Assembly (NCBI GenBank): GCA_048013815.1
Contig: CM106585.1
Location: forward strand, 17,856,001-17,920,000
Origin: Setoptus koraiensis
Taxonomy: Eukaryota > Animalia > Arthropoda
Reading direction: 5' to 3'
DNA: 64,000 nucleotides
The notes beneath the pieces were generated by a model. That model did not search any database. It was given only the letters and a program-made list of their open reading frames with translations, and was not told the DNA's origin. Each line of letters begins with the position of its first letter. The stretch's first letter is position 1. Below are positions 42,701 through 55,752 of the stretch, one piece after another. Both the position numbers and the translations under genes were made by a program.

Positions 42701-44940
42701 CAACAGCAGCACCAACAACATCAACAACACCAACAACAACAGCAACAGCAGCAGCAACGACAGCAGCAGCAACAACAACAACAACTTTGTCGCTTCTGTC
42801 AGCTTAGCTCTGTGTCTGGCATGACAAGAGGCCAACGTGACGGGCCTCGTTCGGGTTGTGAGTGGGGTCGCGAGCGGAGTTGCCAGTAGGGGCGCTCGAG
42901 TGGGTCGACTTGGCGTACAATAGTTGCGCCAGTTGCGACTGGCTGCCGTTAATTTCGACCGGGCACGCTTAATTTCGGCTGGGCGCCGTCAAAATCGACT
43001 AGCCACCGTTAGGTGGCAAGCTGATACGACAAGCTCACGTGCCAGCGAGAGAGCGAGAGAGAGCGAGGTATGGATCGGACAAAGGGGCGAGGGGCCCCAA
43101 CAAACGAACGCTTTGGGCAAACTGTGTCCAAAGTGTCGCCGTCTGACAAGTCGACACACTGGCCGACAGATCGACACAAAATATTGCGCCTATATGTCGA
43201 AGAAGAATGAGCGGCCGAGACGAGTTTGTTGCGTTGCCACGATACGCGAGAGATAGATGAATGATAGATAAGCCACTGCATCTATTCACAGACAGACAGA
43301 CTGGCTGGCTGGCACACAATGACCATTGTTATCTGGTTATCTGTTATTCTTATCCCCATGCCCGACCGATATACCGTTATATATCCGTTATGTGTCTCAT
43401 ATATATTATCTAATGTGTATTATATATTATATGCTCGTGCTATGGCTGGCGCTGTGCCGATGGCATCCCGCACAATAGTATGCTGGCGATGATTATATAA
43501 TAGATGGGAACGGGGGGCCCAATGAATCAGATATCGGCACAATTGTCGCAATTGACTGCTACTCATTTGCAGTGCGGGCCAGTCGGGCAAGCAGCAATTG
43601 TTGTATTATTAGGCAACAAAGTCCCAAGTAACTGCGTGAGTTTAGTTGTGCTTTTGTCCACTCCACCGCCACCTACCGGCCCGTTGGCCCTTGTGCGACG
43701 GCCCCGAAGTGGCTGTGAGGCCCTGTGAGCAAATGGCCCAACAATCCGAATGGGGCCCACAACACAGAGAACAGAGAAAAACAAACTGCAGCCCATGTGA
43801 TGATGTTTGGAGAGGGTGTCCATTACAAATTGAGTCCGCCATTAAATTAATGTCGTCGTGTGCTGCTCGTGCACTGCAACAGAAACAGTGGTGCACCATT
43901 TCTATTTGGGCACCACTGTACTAGCAAGCGTCTTACGTAAGTCTTACGTAATGCAGTGGCCGTGCACGGTCCGTCGATGTCAGTTTGCGGGCCAATCAGA
44001 CATGACGCAACAGCAACAGCAACAACAACAGCAACTGCAACTGTGAGTACGGTGTGTCGTTAGTGGCTAATAGATGGTCGTGTCATATATACCGCTACTA
44101 ACAACATGAATATGTTACAGAAATGTTACACGTTTACACGTCATCGTCATCGTTATGTTGCTCGCCCTTGCTTACGTTGTTTGCCGGTGCGCTGTTTGCG
44201 CGTGCTTGCGCGTGCTCGCCCAAGCCTCAACAAACGGCCATCAACGGGCAACAACAATCGGCATCCACTAATGATGTACACAATACCCGCTGACCGTTAC
44301 TCTCGCGTAATACATTGCGCGCGGTGCGCAAGCTGATTAACGGTCACGCTTACCACGGGCTGATCAGTTAATCTTGACCATCTCAAGTCGCGTAACTAGT
44401 AATCTCGGCCTCGTCCGCCAGTCGGCCGGCCGGATAACTGGCCCCGCTGGCACCGCTACAGCCAGTGGCACCGCTACAACCAGTGGCACCGCTACAACTA
44501 GTGGCCGGTCGCGACACTACAACTAGCGGCGATTCTACAACTAGCGGCGACTCTACAACTAGCGGCGACAACTAGCGGCGACAACTAGCCGCGACAATCG
44601 CATCGGCGTAGCGGCGCGTTATGTAACTGTGCCAACCGTGTTTCATTTGGTGCCCCGGCGACTGGATTACCCGTGTGTCATTCATTTATCATCATCGCAC
44701 AATGAGCCCAATTGCGACACACACACGAGTATAGGTTGGGGCCAATTGGCTGGCACCAGAAGAGCCTATAAAGAATATTGATTTAGACATGTGGGCCCGG
44801 TGTGGAGGATGTGCGACACCGAGCCGCTGTTTGTGTTTGGGTTGGTGCGCTCGAATTAGACGCGATTGATTTGGCAGTTTGAGTCGCAAATGCATTTGTT
44901 GCGTTCATTTGTTACACCGGCTTGTCGGCACGGGTCTGTC

Positions 44941-45017
44941 TCACAGAGGGCGCACTAACTCACAGAGGGCGCACTAACTCACGGAGGGCGCACTAACTCA
45001 TAGGGGGCGCACTAACG
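44941..45017. repeat. 19-bp tandem minisatellite (CACAGAGGGCGCACTAACT) x4
   Basis: Four consecutive near-identical units. Confidence 0.9.
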
Positions 45018-48000
45018 AGTTGCAGCAACGCGCCGAGCTGGCCCAAATGCGGATTAAACGCCAAATTGGACGCATAACGGACCAAACGCACACCGAGACT
45101 GTCGCCCGTTCGCGTGCCGAGTTCGTGCGCTCCCAATCATCTGGCGGATAATTGTCGTCGTCGCTGTTGTCGTTGTTGCTGTCGTTGTTGCTGTTGTTGT
45201 TGTTGTTGTCGTTGTCGTTGCTGTTGTTGTTGTCGCTGTTGTTGCTGTTGTTTTGCGCCGTGATTTGACGTGCCAACTGGCACAGCGAGCGCCTCACAAG
45301 TCAGTGGAGCGAGCGCAGCCAGCGATGTTTTATCGCTGTGAGCCATCAGCTAGCTCGACGGCGCTCGCTTGCCAGCAGCTGGCTCGCTCGCCGATAATAG
45401 ACCGTGTGTCATACTGTTGCGTCGCAGCTTGTTTGTCTGTCTATTTGTTTGTCTCTCTATTTGTGTGTCCGTCCGTCTGTCTATTTGTGTGTGTCTGTTT
45501 GCCCGTTTGTTTGTTTGTTTGCGTGGGTGAGTCATCGGCCAATGTCATTGGATGTCGACGCCAACGGATACATGAGCCCCCCTCTCGCATAGCTACTCGC
45601 ATACTCACGTGCAAAGCGAGCCTCGTCGCCTTTCCCGAGGCATACGACACACACACTCTATGAGAGAGTACACACACACACACACACACACACCCGAGGT
45701 TGGCTCGTTACACTATTAATTATCGAGGCATCATTAATGAATGGGCGGCTCGCAGTCGCACAATTTGCCCGCTATCACACACACACACACACACAAATGA
45801 CAATCTAGATTTTGCGGTGGTTGCCATATCGACGCTTTTTGCTCTCGTTTTGGCTAGACTCTTTTGGCGAGCTCAACTTTTTGCGAGCCCGACTTTTTGC
45901 GGGCGCAACCTTTTGCGGGCGCACTTTTTGCGGGCGCACACACGTTTAAAAATAGCCCCACATTGTGCATAATTCATGCTGGTAGACGCACGGTTATTTT
46001 TGGGCCTCTGTCTCCATTGTGGCCCGGTCTGTTTTAGACATTTGGCACACTTGCGCCCGCTTGTTTCGATACAATGCTGCGCTCATAGAGTCTACGCCGT
46101 GGAGTCTACGCCGTGGAGTCTATGCCTCGGAGTCTATGCCACGGAGTCTATACCGTAGAGTCTGTATCATAGAGGCTGCTTCAGACAGACAAAACTGGAT
46201 CGATAATAATTACACACTCGCGCGGGCACCTGTACTGTTACGTAACAGTACACCGTTCAACAGCCGGCCGGCCTGTCTCGGCAACCTGTGTCGGCCGCCT
46301 GTCAAACTGACAGCTCGCTGGGCGCCATATGGGTGCGCGGGCAGCCTGCACAAAGTTGCCACCAAGCGGCCCAGTTGATAAAGCTGCAATAAAGAGTTAT
46401 ATAAAGCCCGCCACTGGGGGCACTCGCAACTCACAACTCGCGACAGCCACACACAGCAATACGACAGCAATTGCAATGCAGGCCAATGCCAAAAAACAGC
46501 CGAGCCCATTAGTGATAATCAAATAAGTGAGTTACGCAATGCGCGCAACCTGCCAACCTGCTCGACCGACAGCCGTTTGTCCGTTGCGCGATTTAATTTA
46601 AATAACGCCAAAAGTCAGCATTCATTTGCACATGGGGCCCCGCCAGATATCGCCCATATGAATAGACGGAATTATGTACTATTATGTTGTGTATTATGTC
46701 TGTTTGAAGGCCGCCGGAATTGCAATCTATCTACCTGCTACATCGATTTGCTGTGCCTATTTGCTGTGCCTGTTAGTTGCTGTGCCCGTTCGCTGCATTG
46801 AGCTTATTTGTAAAGCAGCTTATTTGTAAGGTGCAGCCAGTGCAGCAATTTAGCGTCAAGTTGAATATCGGCCAGCGATCTAGTTGTGCCGCGCGATCTG
46901 ACAATGAGCAGCAGTGATAATAAATTACAGCCAGGCCCACATATTGGCGCCAAAACAAACCGCACTGGCAACGTGCTTACACGTGTTTGTTATGTGTTGT
47001 GCTTAGGTGCAATATTACATAACATAAGCACGTAGTTTAGCACGAGCGTCATGGCACAATGGCTCACAAGCGCACACAAAGGTAAGCGCCGGGGACAGAC
47101 CCAACAACGACAAACATCCATTTGCACTTATGAGTGCACATTGATGATTCCCAGATCCGCCGATTGAAACCAGCGACCCGCCGTGATTGTCCATGAATAA
47201 TGATGACTTGATTCCTGATTTGAGGCCCGCAGCGCCTCACCGTGCCGCGCACAAACAAACCTCGCCGCCGCAGCCGACGCCGCCGCCGCCGCTGAGTCTC
47301 TAGCGGCCCCCTAATACGCCTAATGCCCCAGCACGCCTAGTACCCCAATGCACTAGTGCCCCACTCGGGCAGTTATAATGTAATTACGGCGGCGCGTGAG
47401 ATATGCTCGCCGCGTCGCTAGTCGCCAGACGATCGACCGCCCGGCGGCCACGGGCGCTCACTCGCGGGCCGCTCACTCGCAGGCTCACTGGCTCCCGAGT
47501 CGCGCGCCCCCTTGCTCGGGTGTCGGCCATTTCGTCGCTCGCAATTCCGCAGCCGTTCGTGGTGGCGACTCGTCCGCGGCGCCCGTCGTCAGCAAATAGC
47601 CGCGCGGTCAATGGCCGCGCCGGCACAGGTGAACGCGAACTGTTTGCTGGGACTGTTTGCACTGTTCGCACTGTTCGGCACAACATTGTCTGAAGGCTAT
47701 TATTATGTTGCATAATATTGTCTATGTTTAGCATGACACGATCAGCATGGTGCGATAATTGTCTGGCGTGTTGGGCTCGCCAAAACGCCAGACGCTCTCT
47801 GCATCGAGTGTGCAAAATGTGCATTCAGTCACTGTATTACAGTGTGTAGTAAATTGGTGCGCGTGCTGTGCGATGGGTGCGCACTGTGCCGACGCTGGAT
47901 CGGTGGGCCCCGTCGCTGGCTGTTACTGGCTGCCTCGGGACGCTGCGGGCCGCCGCGGGCTGTTGCCGGCATCGGCGGGCCGACAGACCCGCAGACAGTC

Positions 48001-48445
48001 CCGTAGAGAACATAGAGCACAGCCAATTGATGGGCAGCACAAACAACAAAGTGCAAACAACAAAAGAGGCGAAATAAGTGGAGTAAAAGTCACGTCTAAC
48101 TCAATTAGACTGCTCGTTATGCTGCGCAAATGCGCCGCCACTTGTTTGTGTTGGCACAGCCATGAGTCAGCCCACACCTTGTCCCGACGACGCTTCCAAA
48201 TATCCGCATTTGTATATTTGTATCTGTATATTTGTGAACTGCGAGGGGCCGAGATTGTTTGCGATGACTTAGTGCCGTCGCTGTGGCTATTTTGAGAGTT
48301 GGCGTCGACTGGCGCACGCTTCACACCATATGCTGACCCGAAAAGTAGTTAGCGTGTTCGCTTGGCTTCACTCTGTTGTTGTCGTTGCAACGTTTCACTT
48401 TGCGACGCATCGCAATTCCAAATTCGCCGCTCGCCGCATCGCTTC

Positions 48446-48516
48446 GAATTGGCCGCTCGCCTCGAATTGGCCGCTCGCCTCGAATTGGCCGCTCGCCTCG
48501 AATTGGCCGCTCGCCG
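48446..48516. repeat. 18-bp tandem repeat (CGAATTGGCCGCTCGCCT) x4
   Basis: Four consecutive units, no spacers. Confidence 0.9.
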
Positions 48517-51500
48517 CTTCGCAATTCGAAATTCGCCGCTGACTTGGGTCGGCGTTGTTGTCTCGCAAACAAACACAACAGCGACAGACAACACACAATC
48601 CGCGAACGACGCATCACGCAACACACAACGAAGCCAAATATCAAAGTTCAACAACCTCGGCGCCGTCTGTGCCAAGACTGTTTTGTGTGCCGGCAGTGTG
48701 CTCGACTGTGGGCCCCGCCGCGGTTTTCGCCGTGCCCAGAGTCTATGCACCCCGGCGTGGACTCTGTAGACTCTGTGGACTCTGTGGCACAGACCGCATG
48801 CCACACAAAGTGATGAGAGACGCCAAATGGAGTGGTCGCCTTTTGTGTCGACGCTCGCTCGCTGACTCACGGAGGCCAGCGCCGTCAGTTGTAGGCGGAC
48901 AAACCGCAAATTGAGCATGCGAGCACCGCGACCAGCCTCAAGCTGTTGCAACTGGCGAGTGATAACGACTCGCCAGCAATCAGTGGCTCGGTGGCGCCAC
49001 CAGCGCGCATACTAATACATGCAAGCATACTAATACACATGTAAGCATACTTATACACATGTGAGCAGGGCGCCTAGCGATTTTCGCGCTCTTCCTTGGC
49101 GCAGCGAGCTTCGCGGTGAGCACTTGTCGTCTGTGCGCTCTGTGCCTGTCATCTAACTGGCTCGCGAGCAGTGTGCGTGATACGTTTCATACTGTTGTTG
49201 TTGTTGTTGCTGCTGTTGTTGTCGGCCGTTGTTGCTGTTGTTGTTGTTGCTGTTGTTGCTGGCTGTTGCTGTTGTTGGCCGTTGGCCCGGCTGGCTGTTG
49301 GCTTTGTCGCGGCTGCTGGCAGCGCCGTCGTGGGCCGTGGCTGTCGCGAGCCGCCAGCCGCGAGCCGTGAGCAACAACCACCGGCCAACTACATGTAACG
49401 ATGACTCATCGGGTGCTGTGTCATTCGCCATTGTAAATGTTGCGTAGCGCTATTAACTGCTGCTGCTGCTGTCGTTGTTGTTGCTGTCGTTGGCGTTGTT
49501 GTTGTTGTCGCTGTTGTTGGCGTTGCCGCTGTCGTCGTTGTTGTCGCTGTTGGCGCTGTTGCAGCCCGTAGCTAGTGCGCGCAGTTGCGTAACAGCACAG
49601 CTGAACATGACACATATGCTATCATGCAATATGAGCAACAATATCAACGGCCAATATCACCCGATAACTACAGATATAACTGCAGATATAACTGCAGAAA
49701 CAACAACAACGACAACAACAACAACAGCAACGAGCAAGAGAGCAACACATTATAGTAATAATATTATACTTATACTTACTTTGTGAGAGTTGCCACTACA
49801 AATAGAGAAGAAATTAGCAAAATTTGCGACTCACAATAGCGCCATAGTCGCACTGCAGCGCAGCCAGCGCGATGATGATGAACAGCGCCACCGTGCAGTG
49901 CCCATTCATCAGGCCGGTCCATTATCAGGGCAACAGGAAGTGGGTGGCACACAAGTTGTTTAAAAACGGCAAGAGTATTATATTGTGCTCAGCGTAATAT
50001 TGTGCCCGGCGCAATATTGTGCTCAGTTATCGCATCGCGTTGTGTTGCGCGACTCCATTACTCTCGGCCGTATGTTGCCGTTTGTTTCCAATCGAAGTGT
50101 GGCCGCCATTGTGTTGGCACAATGCGACCCGAGCTTACGTAACTGCCGCTGACTCACGACGCGAAACTCGGGACAAACTCGGTGCGAACCGGGCGCGATC
50201 CCGGCGCGAACCCGGCGCAAACCGCGCGCACGGGCACACAAAGCGCACGGGCACGCAAAACGCGCGGGCACACAAGGCGCCACATGTTTGGGGCGCTTTG
50301 TGAACAAGTGGCCGCTGAAATGACTCGCTGTGCCACGGGTGACAGGGGTGACGGGCGCCCACCGCGGTCGACAGCGGCCCGTCTCGCGCAAACAATCAAT
50401 CAGTCCGGCGCTAATGAATTGGATTAGATTTGGAGAGATGTGACGAGGGGTTAACAGTCACATCTGGCAGCGTTGCTGTGACACTTCCGTCGTTGGCTGT
50501 GCCGGTTGCGCGCCGGACAGTGATGCAACGATGGGGCCCGGAACGCGGAACAGCCAGCGACAGCCAGCGAACAGCAAACTCGATCGCTCTGCGCCATGCT
50601 GCAATATATACTAGTCATCAACATTGTACAATGATGGCAGTATTATATACGCCATCAAGCGGCGCATAAGCAACGTATCTGGGCTTATCTCAGCAGCTGA
50701 TACTAATGCCAGCCGACGATAAATTGCGTCAACTGCGAGCCTCTTATCTTGTGGGGCCCGGTCGCAATTTACAGACAGCAGCGGCGGGGGAGCGAGAGTT
50801 TAGCGATGATGAAGCTCTCTATCTGTGGATAATTGAATCAAATCAAGCGTACAAAAATGAATATAAACAAACAAACAACGACGGAGCGGCTAGAAAATGT
50901 CGCCGCTCCGTTGCCCGCTGCCCGCCGCCACCGGGCTTACATATAGCGGCTCAAAATGCCTCTGGCCATTTGATCGGGCCACAGTGGATCGGCGCGATGG
51001 CCGGGCCGGCACACAATGTGCGCCGCTTGCTGGCAATTGTTTCGAGAGATTCTTGCGACTTTGGCACCCTCACTTGAGGCCCCCGGTTTTGCTAACAAGA
51101 TTAGATTAGCGCCAGACGAGTTTCAGTGGGGCGCACACACACGTCAGCCGTGGCCATATAGAAATTCTCGATATAGAAATGCCAGGTTATATATAAATTG
51201 GCGGCGCTGTCGTTGTTGTTGTTAGTGATATTTATACAGACGGCTCAATAGATGGACTGGCGCCGATCAAACAAACACTCGGCTGCAAGTGACAGTGATG
51301 CATTGCCTGCGTTGTTTGCCGGCCACCACCAAACAAACAGCGCGCGCCACTTACGGCCGACTTGACGATCGCAATTCGTAATTGGGCCCCTCTGTCGCTG
51401 CGTCGGCCGGCCCCACAATCAAGCCTCGCGCCCGATCATGTCCGGCCCGGCCCGACGTCCGTCCTGACGTCTGGCCCGGCGTCTGGCCCGGCGTCTGGCC

Positions 51501-53266
51501 CGACGTCTGGCGCTTTTGTGGGCCAATCAGCAAACAAGGGCCGCACCAGTTGTCTGGTGTTTTTCAGTGGCCCAGTTCGGCGGGCCCGCACCAGCCGCGA
51601 GCGGCCCGAAAGCCAAGTGGCTCCGCTCATCTTGTGGCGCGGCCTATATATTTTTGATATTTGTATTTGTGTTTGTTGTTGTGTTCGGTTTTGGTGTCGC
51701 GGCGCACAAAAATGACGCGCCACTCGATGAGATTGGACGCTCAGCCGCTGATTAATTATCTGTGAGTGTGTGTGTGTCACTGCTATGCTATCTCGCTAAT
51801 CTTGGGTGAGATATTCCCCTCGCTGTCATGACTCAAATATCCGCGATAGTGAGACAACTCACTATCAGATAGCATCACCAATTGCGCTGAATGGAAGCGC
51901 ACATATATAGACGAAACAAAATGAGATAACCACTCTAGCAGCAACAAATTAGAGCAAACAATTTCGCCCGCGCCGCATCGTTATTATTAATGGCCAATAG
52001 TGGGCCATATATCACCGGGGCCGCAACACAAAGAGATCGATTGAAATAATTGACAGACCGGCCACTCGCCACTCTCAATCAACTCGAAACACTCGAGCGA
52101 GCCGTGACTCGACCGGGCCCGACGAGGCCCATCGATTGTCGATTGCCGGTTGCGCCCGCTCAGCGGCTGCCCGGCGGCTGCTCGGCGGCTGCGGGACTCA
52201 GTGGCGGGCTCGATCGCGGGCCGCACTTATGCGGGCGCCCGGTCGGGCTGACTCATCGGCCCCAGTGCATGACAATGGCTGGCAATTGGCGCCAATTATA
52301 TTTTACGAGCGCCATAACTAAAATTACTCTTGCGCTAAATGTTTTGCGATCGACACTTTGCACTGATGGCGTCGATCGCTGCCAGCCGGCGCACCCGCAC
52401 TCGCACCAATCGCTATTTCCGGCGACAACTGGCAGCAATTTCGTGCAGCTCGCTGCTGGCGATCACGTCCATCTCGCTGCCAGCCGTATCACACGCGCAC
52501 AGCTTGCCAGTGTCTAGCCGTCTGGCTGGTTTTTGTCGTCGTCTGGCCGTTTTTGTCGCGTCGTGGGAACTATTACGGTTGTCCTGTGGCAAGCTCGCGG
52601 CACTGAGGCCTTCGATTTGTGGATGGGGCCCACTGTCTGACTTCACCTCGCCGTGGCTGTCTGAGCTAGACGCCTCGCGCTGCAACGGTATTATTATCAG
52701 ACTGTCTGCTGGCAATATCTGTCTGTCTGCCTGAGAGGCAGACAGACAGATATTGCGAGCCGTGCCCAGACATGAATATATGGATGAGACAATTGAAAAT
52801 TGTGCGCGTCGCGAAACGAGCGCCGACGCGAAACGGGCGCCCCGAACAAGTGCGCCATCGCTCAACTTGCGCAACCCGCTCCGCTCAAATAATTGGCACG
52901 ACTCATAAACGATTCACAGGGCCGGGCCCATTCTCGCAACGGGCCCAACTCTGGCGACGGGCCCAACTCTGGCGACGGGCGTCCAATTGGCGCCCCTCGC
53001 ATAATCGCGCCACGCCGATATTGTAACCGGACGCACGGCGCCAGTCGCCCGGCGGGACCGGCTTAAGTGGGCCCCAACGAGCCGCTGCAGCTAATGATAT
53101 GTGCGCCCTAATTGGGGCCCCGCTCCTCCAAGACCCCCGAGTGTGTGCGTGTGCGTGTGTTTGGGTGTGTGCGTGTGTGTGTGTGTGCGAGCGAGCGTGT
53201 GAGCGGCTTAAAATTAGGTGAGCGACGTGATTATTTTAATCCTTTTATTCCCCCTACGCGAGCACT

Positions 53267-53270
53267 ACAC

Positions 53271-53327
<57 letters not shown>

Positions 53328-53336
53328 CACACGCAC
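53267..53336. repeat. (CA)n microsatellite
   Basis: Long CA run with a few CG interruptions. Confidence 0.95.
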
Positions 53337-54811
53337 GCGTTCAATATACTTGTAATAAACTCTGGCATGCGTTCCAGTTAAGTGTTCAGTGTGCAAGTGC
53401 GCCCGTCTCCATTTCAATTTGCGCTGCGGATTGCATAATTGTTGCCCTGTTGCCGCTAACCGTTTCGGGCAGCGCTAACTCGTCGTTTCGTTTGCCTCAT
53501 CGTCTCAACTTGAGACTCTCAACTTCACAGTGAGTGTGACTCACGCGCCGCGTACATCCAGTGCATATCATAGCACACACATATCCATATATCGCACATC
53601 GAGTGTTTGCATATTCACCGCGAATTGGCCGCTCACACAGCGAGCTTGCGCAATCAATCGCGAGGCCCATTTAGGGGGCGCCCAACGGGACTGCGAGCGG
53701 TCGTCTGACTCAGACGGTCTGGGGGGCATCCGCTGGCCACAATGGCCACAATCGGCGCATCGGGTGCGTCACCGCAACCGTGATTGGGCTGCATCATGCA
53801 ACGGTACATATACAAGTTATTAGCGTGTGTTACGTCTATGTGCGCACCGGGGTTTTGTAATGAGTCACCCACACCGACGGTGGCATATTCACCCGCGGTA
53901 TTTACCCGTAGTATTCCCCTGTTATATTCACCCGTTGTATTCCCCTGTTATATTTCCCTGTTATATTCACCCGTTGTATTCACTCGCGGCATTCACTCGC
54001 GGCATTCACTTGCGCTATGCGAACCGGCGCGCACCATGTTCACCAGTGGACACTGTTGGCGCACTATTCACACGGGGCATATCCACGCACACACACATGA
54101 TTCATCCCACATGATTCATCCCCGTTTTGGTGAAACACCCAGCAGAACATTGCGAGCGCGCCCCAGAATTCTGGTTCACTCAGTGTGTGTGTGTGTGTGT
54201 GTGCGCGCGCGCCAGTGCCAAAGTGGAACAGCACTAGCTCTGACAGCCGATGACGAACTTGCGCCTTCCCCCGGCGGCGCGTTTAAACGCGCACGACGCA
54301 CACACACGCCGACGATGAGTCACGCACAGTCACATGTACATGTGTGACTCTCGAAAATATGATGCGTGCGCAACAATTTTACAACGCACTCTCTATCTCT
54401 GACAGCAGTGCATTACTGTACACAACTGTACACACTAAATGCACACGGTGCGCTGTAGATTGCAGCAGCGACAGCGGCAACACTGCTCACAAGTTACGCT
54501 CGCAGAGTGTGAGTAAGAATTGTGCGCAGCGAGCTTGTCGCGCGGCGCAGTTACTCACTTACACACAAGTTGCCGTAAGTTGCAGCACAACCGTGCTATT
54601 TAAACAAGAACAACAACAACGACGGCCAATTTAAACTACTGGCAAGCTACACACCTCTTTACGGGGTACGACAGCAACTAACTCACTCTAGTCTAAACCC
54701 TCTCTCCAATTGAGCCAAGCAACAAAACATACTGAACATACTGAATACAAACTAATTTTTGGAATAGTTACATTATTATTATTTTTAGCCATTACCCATT
54801 ATTTATCGAGG

Positions 54812-55615
54812 ATGCCCTGCACTAGGCCTAACCAGCTCAAGCTGCAGCAGACTGGCCGACACAGGAGGGCCGCTTTTGATCTCATTTCGCCACATCAACA
54901 ACAACCATTACTATTGACACCTACAAACAACAATAGTGCTAACACACCACCTAATACCAGCGCCAATTACCACCAGCATCTCATGATGACCAACACTTGT
55001 GGCAGCCATAACAACAATAGCAATAATAACTTACTTAGGCCCTCACTAATAATACCCTATTTATATGTCGGAGATCACGAGCATACTAAATTAGAGACAT
55101 TACGATTGCACAAGATAACCTACATACTCAGCTTGCAAGCATTGCCATTGTTTTTAGGCGACAACAACACCACTACTACCACAACTACTACTAGTAATAC
55201 TACTACTACAACTACTACTACCACTACTAAATTAAACAATACAATCGATGACACTATTAGAGTTAAATATATTAATGTTGATGATACACATGATCAATTA
55301 TTGGATAGTTATTTTGATGAAACACACGAGTTTATTGATGAAGCCAGACAAAACAAGTGCAATGTTCTAGTCCATTGCAAGGCCGGCATATCTAGATCAC
55401 CGGCCATTACCATATCCTACCTGATGAAAACGTTAGACTTGTCATTAAAAGAGGCATACAATCTAGTCAAAGGATGTAGACCTCAGATATCTCCTAATCT
55501 TAACTTTATGGGTCAATTAGTTGTATATGAACAAAAGTTACAAGCCCTAAGGAAAGACAAAAAATCAACAACGCCATCATCAATTAGTCCCAATGCGTCT
55601 ATACTAAAAATTTGA
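54812..55615 (+). CDS. puc: Dual-specificity MAPK phosphatase, puckered/DUSP10-like (JNK phosphatase); upstream exons possible
   Basis: Catalytic loop VHCKAGISRS and C-terminal ISPNLNFMGQL (shared by Puckered and DUSP10); no rhodanese domain in the ORF. A possible splice acceptor TTTTTAG lies at ~54782-54788. Orthology to puc is my judgement, not a phylogeny. Confidence 0.85.
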   Translation: MPCTRPNQLKLQQTGRHRRAAFDLISPHQQQPLLLTPTNNNSANTPPNTSANYHQHLMMTNTCGSHNNNSNNNLLRPSLIIPYLYVGDHEHTKLETLRLHKITYILSLQALPLFLGDNNTTTTTTTTSNTTTTTTTTTTKLNNTIDDTIRVKYINVDDTHDQLLDSYFDETHEFIDEARQNKCNVLVHCKAGISRSPAITISYLMKTLDLSLKEAYNLVKGCRPQISPNLNFMGQLVVYEQKLQALRKDKKSTTPSSISPNASILKI

Positions 55616-55752
55616 TGATGACAATAGAAATCAAGAGAAAAAAACACACCCTGAACCATCCTTCTTATATATATATAACATTACATTATTAATAAAAAAT
55701 AATTCTATCTAAAGTTATTATTTCATCATCGTCATCATAAATTTCATTTCAT

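Larger units (their letters stand above)
37535..50142. promoter_or_regulatory. Cluster of twelve PAR-bZIP/NFIL3-type TTA[C/T]GTAA sites
   Basis: Sites at 37535, 37866, 38211, 38567, 42010, 42224, 43933, 43944, 44619, 46238, 47015 (reverse) and 50135. Confidence 0.55.
45528..54322. promoter_or_regulatory. Cluster of ten AP-1 (TGA[C/G]TCA) sites upstream of the DUSP gene
   Basis: Sites at 45528, 48163, 48863, 49402, 50150, 51829, 52249, 53537, 53861 and 54316. Confidence 0.65.

Noticed and set aside
44450-48516. Short direct-repeat arrays as possible CRISPR.
   Set aside because: The units are adjacent with no unique spacers, there are no cas genes, and the context is eukaryotic.
38284-54634. 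Numerous overlapping ORFs with poly-Q, -N, -C, -L, -T or HT runs.
   Set aside because: They are translations of microsatellites and stop-poor GC-rich DNA, open on both strands, with no domain signal.
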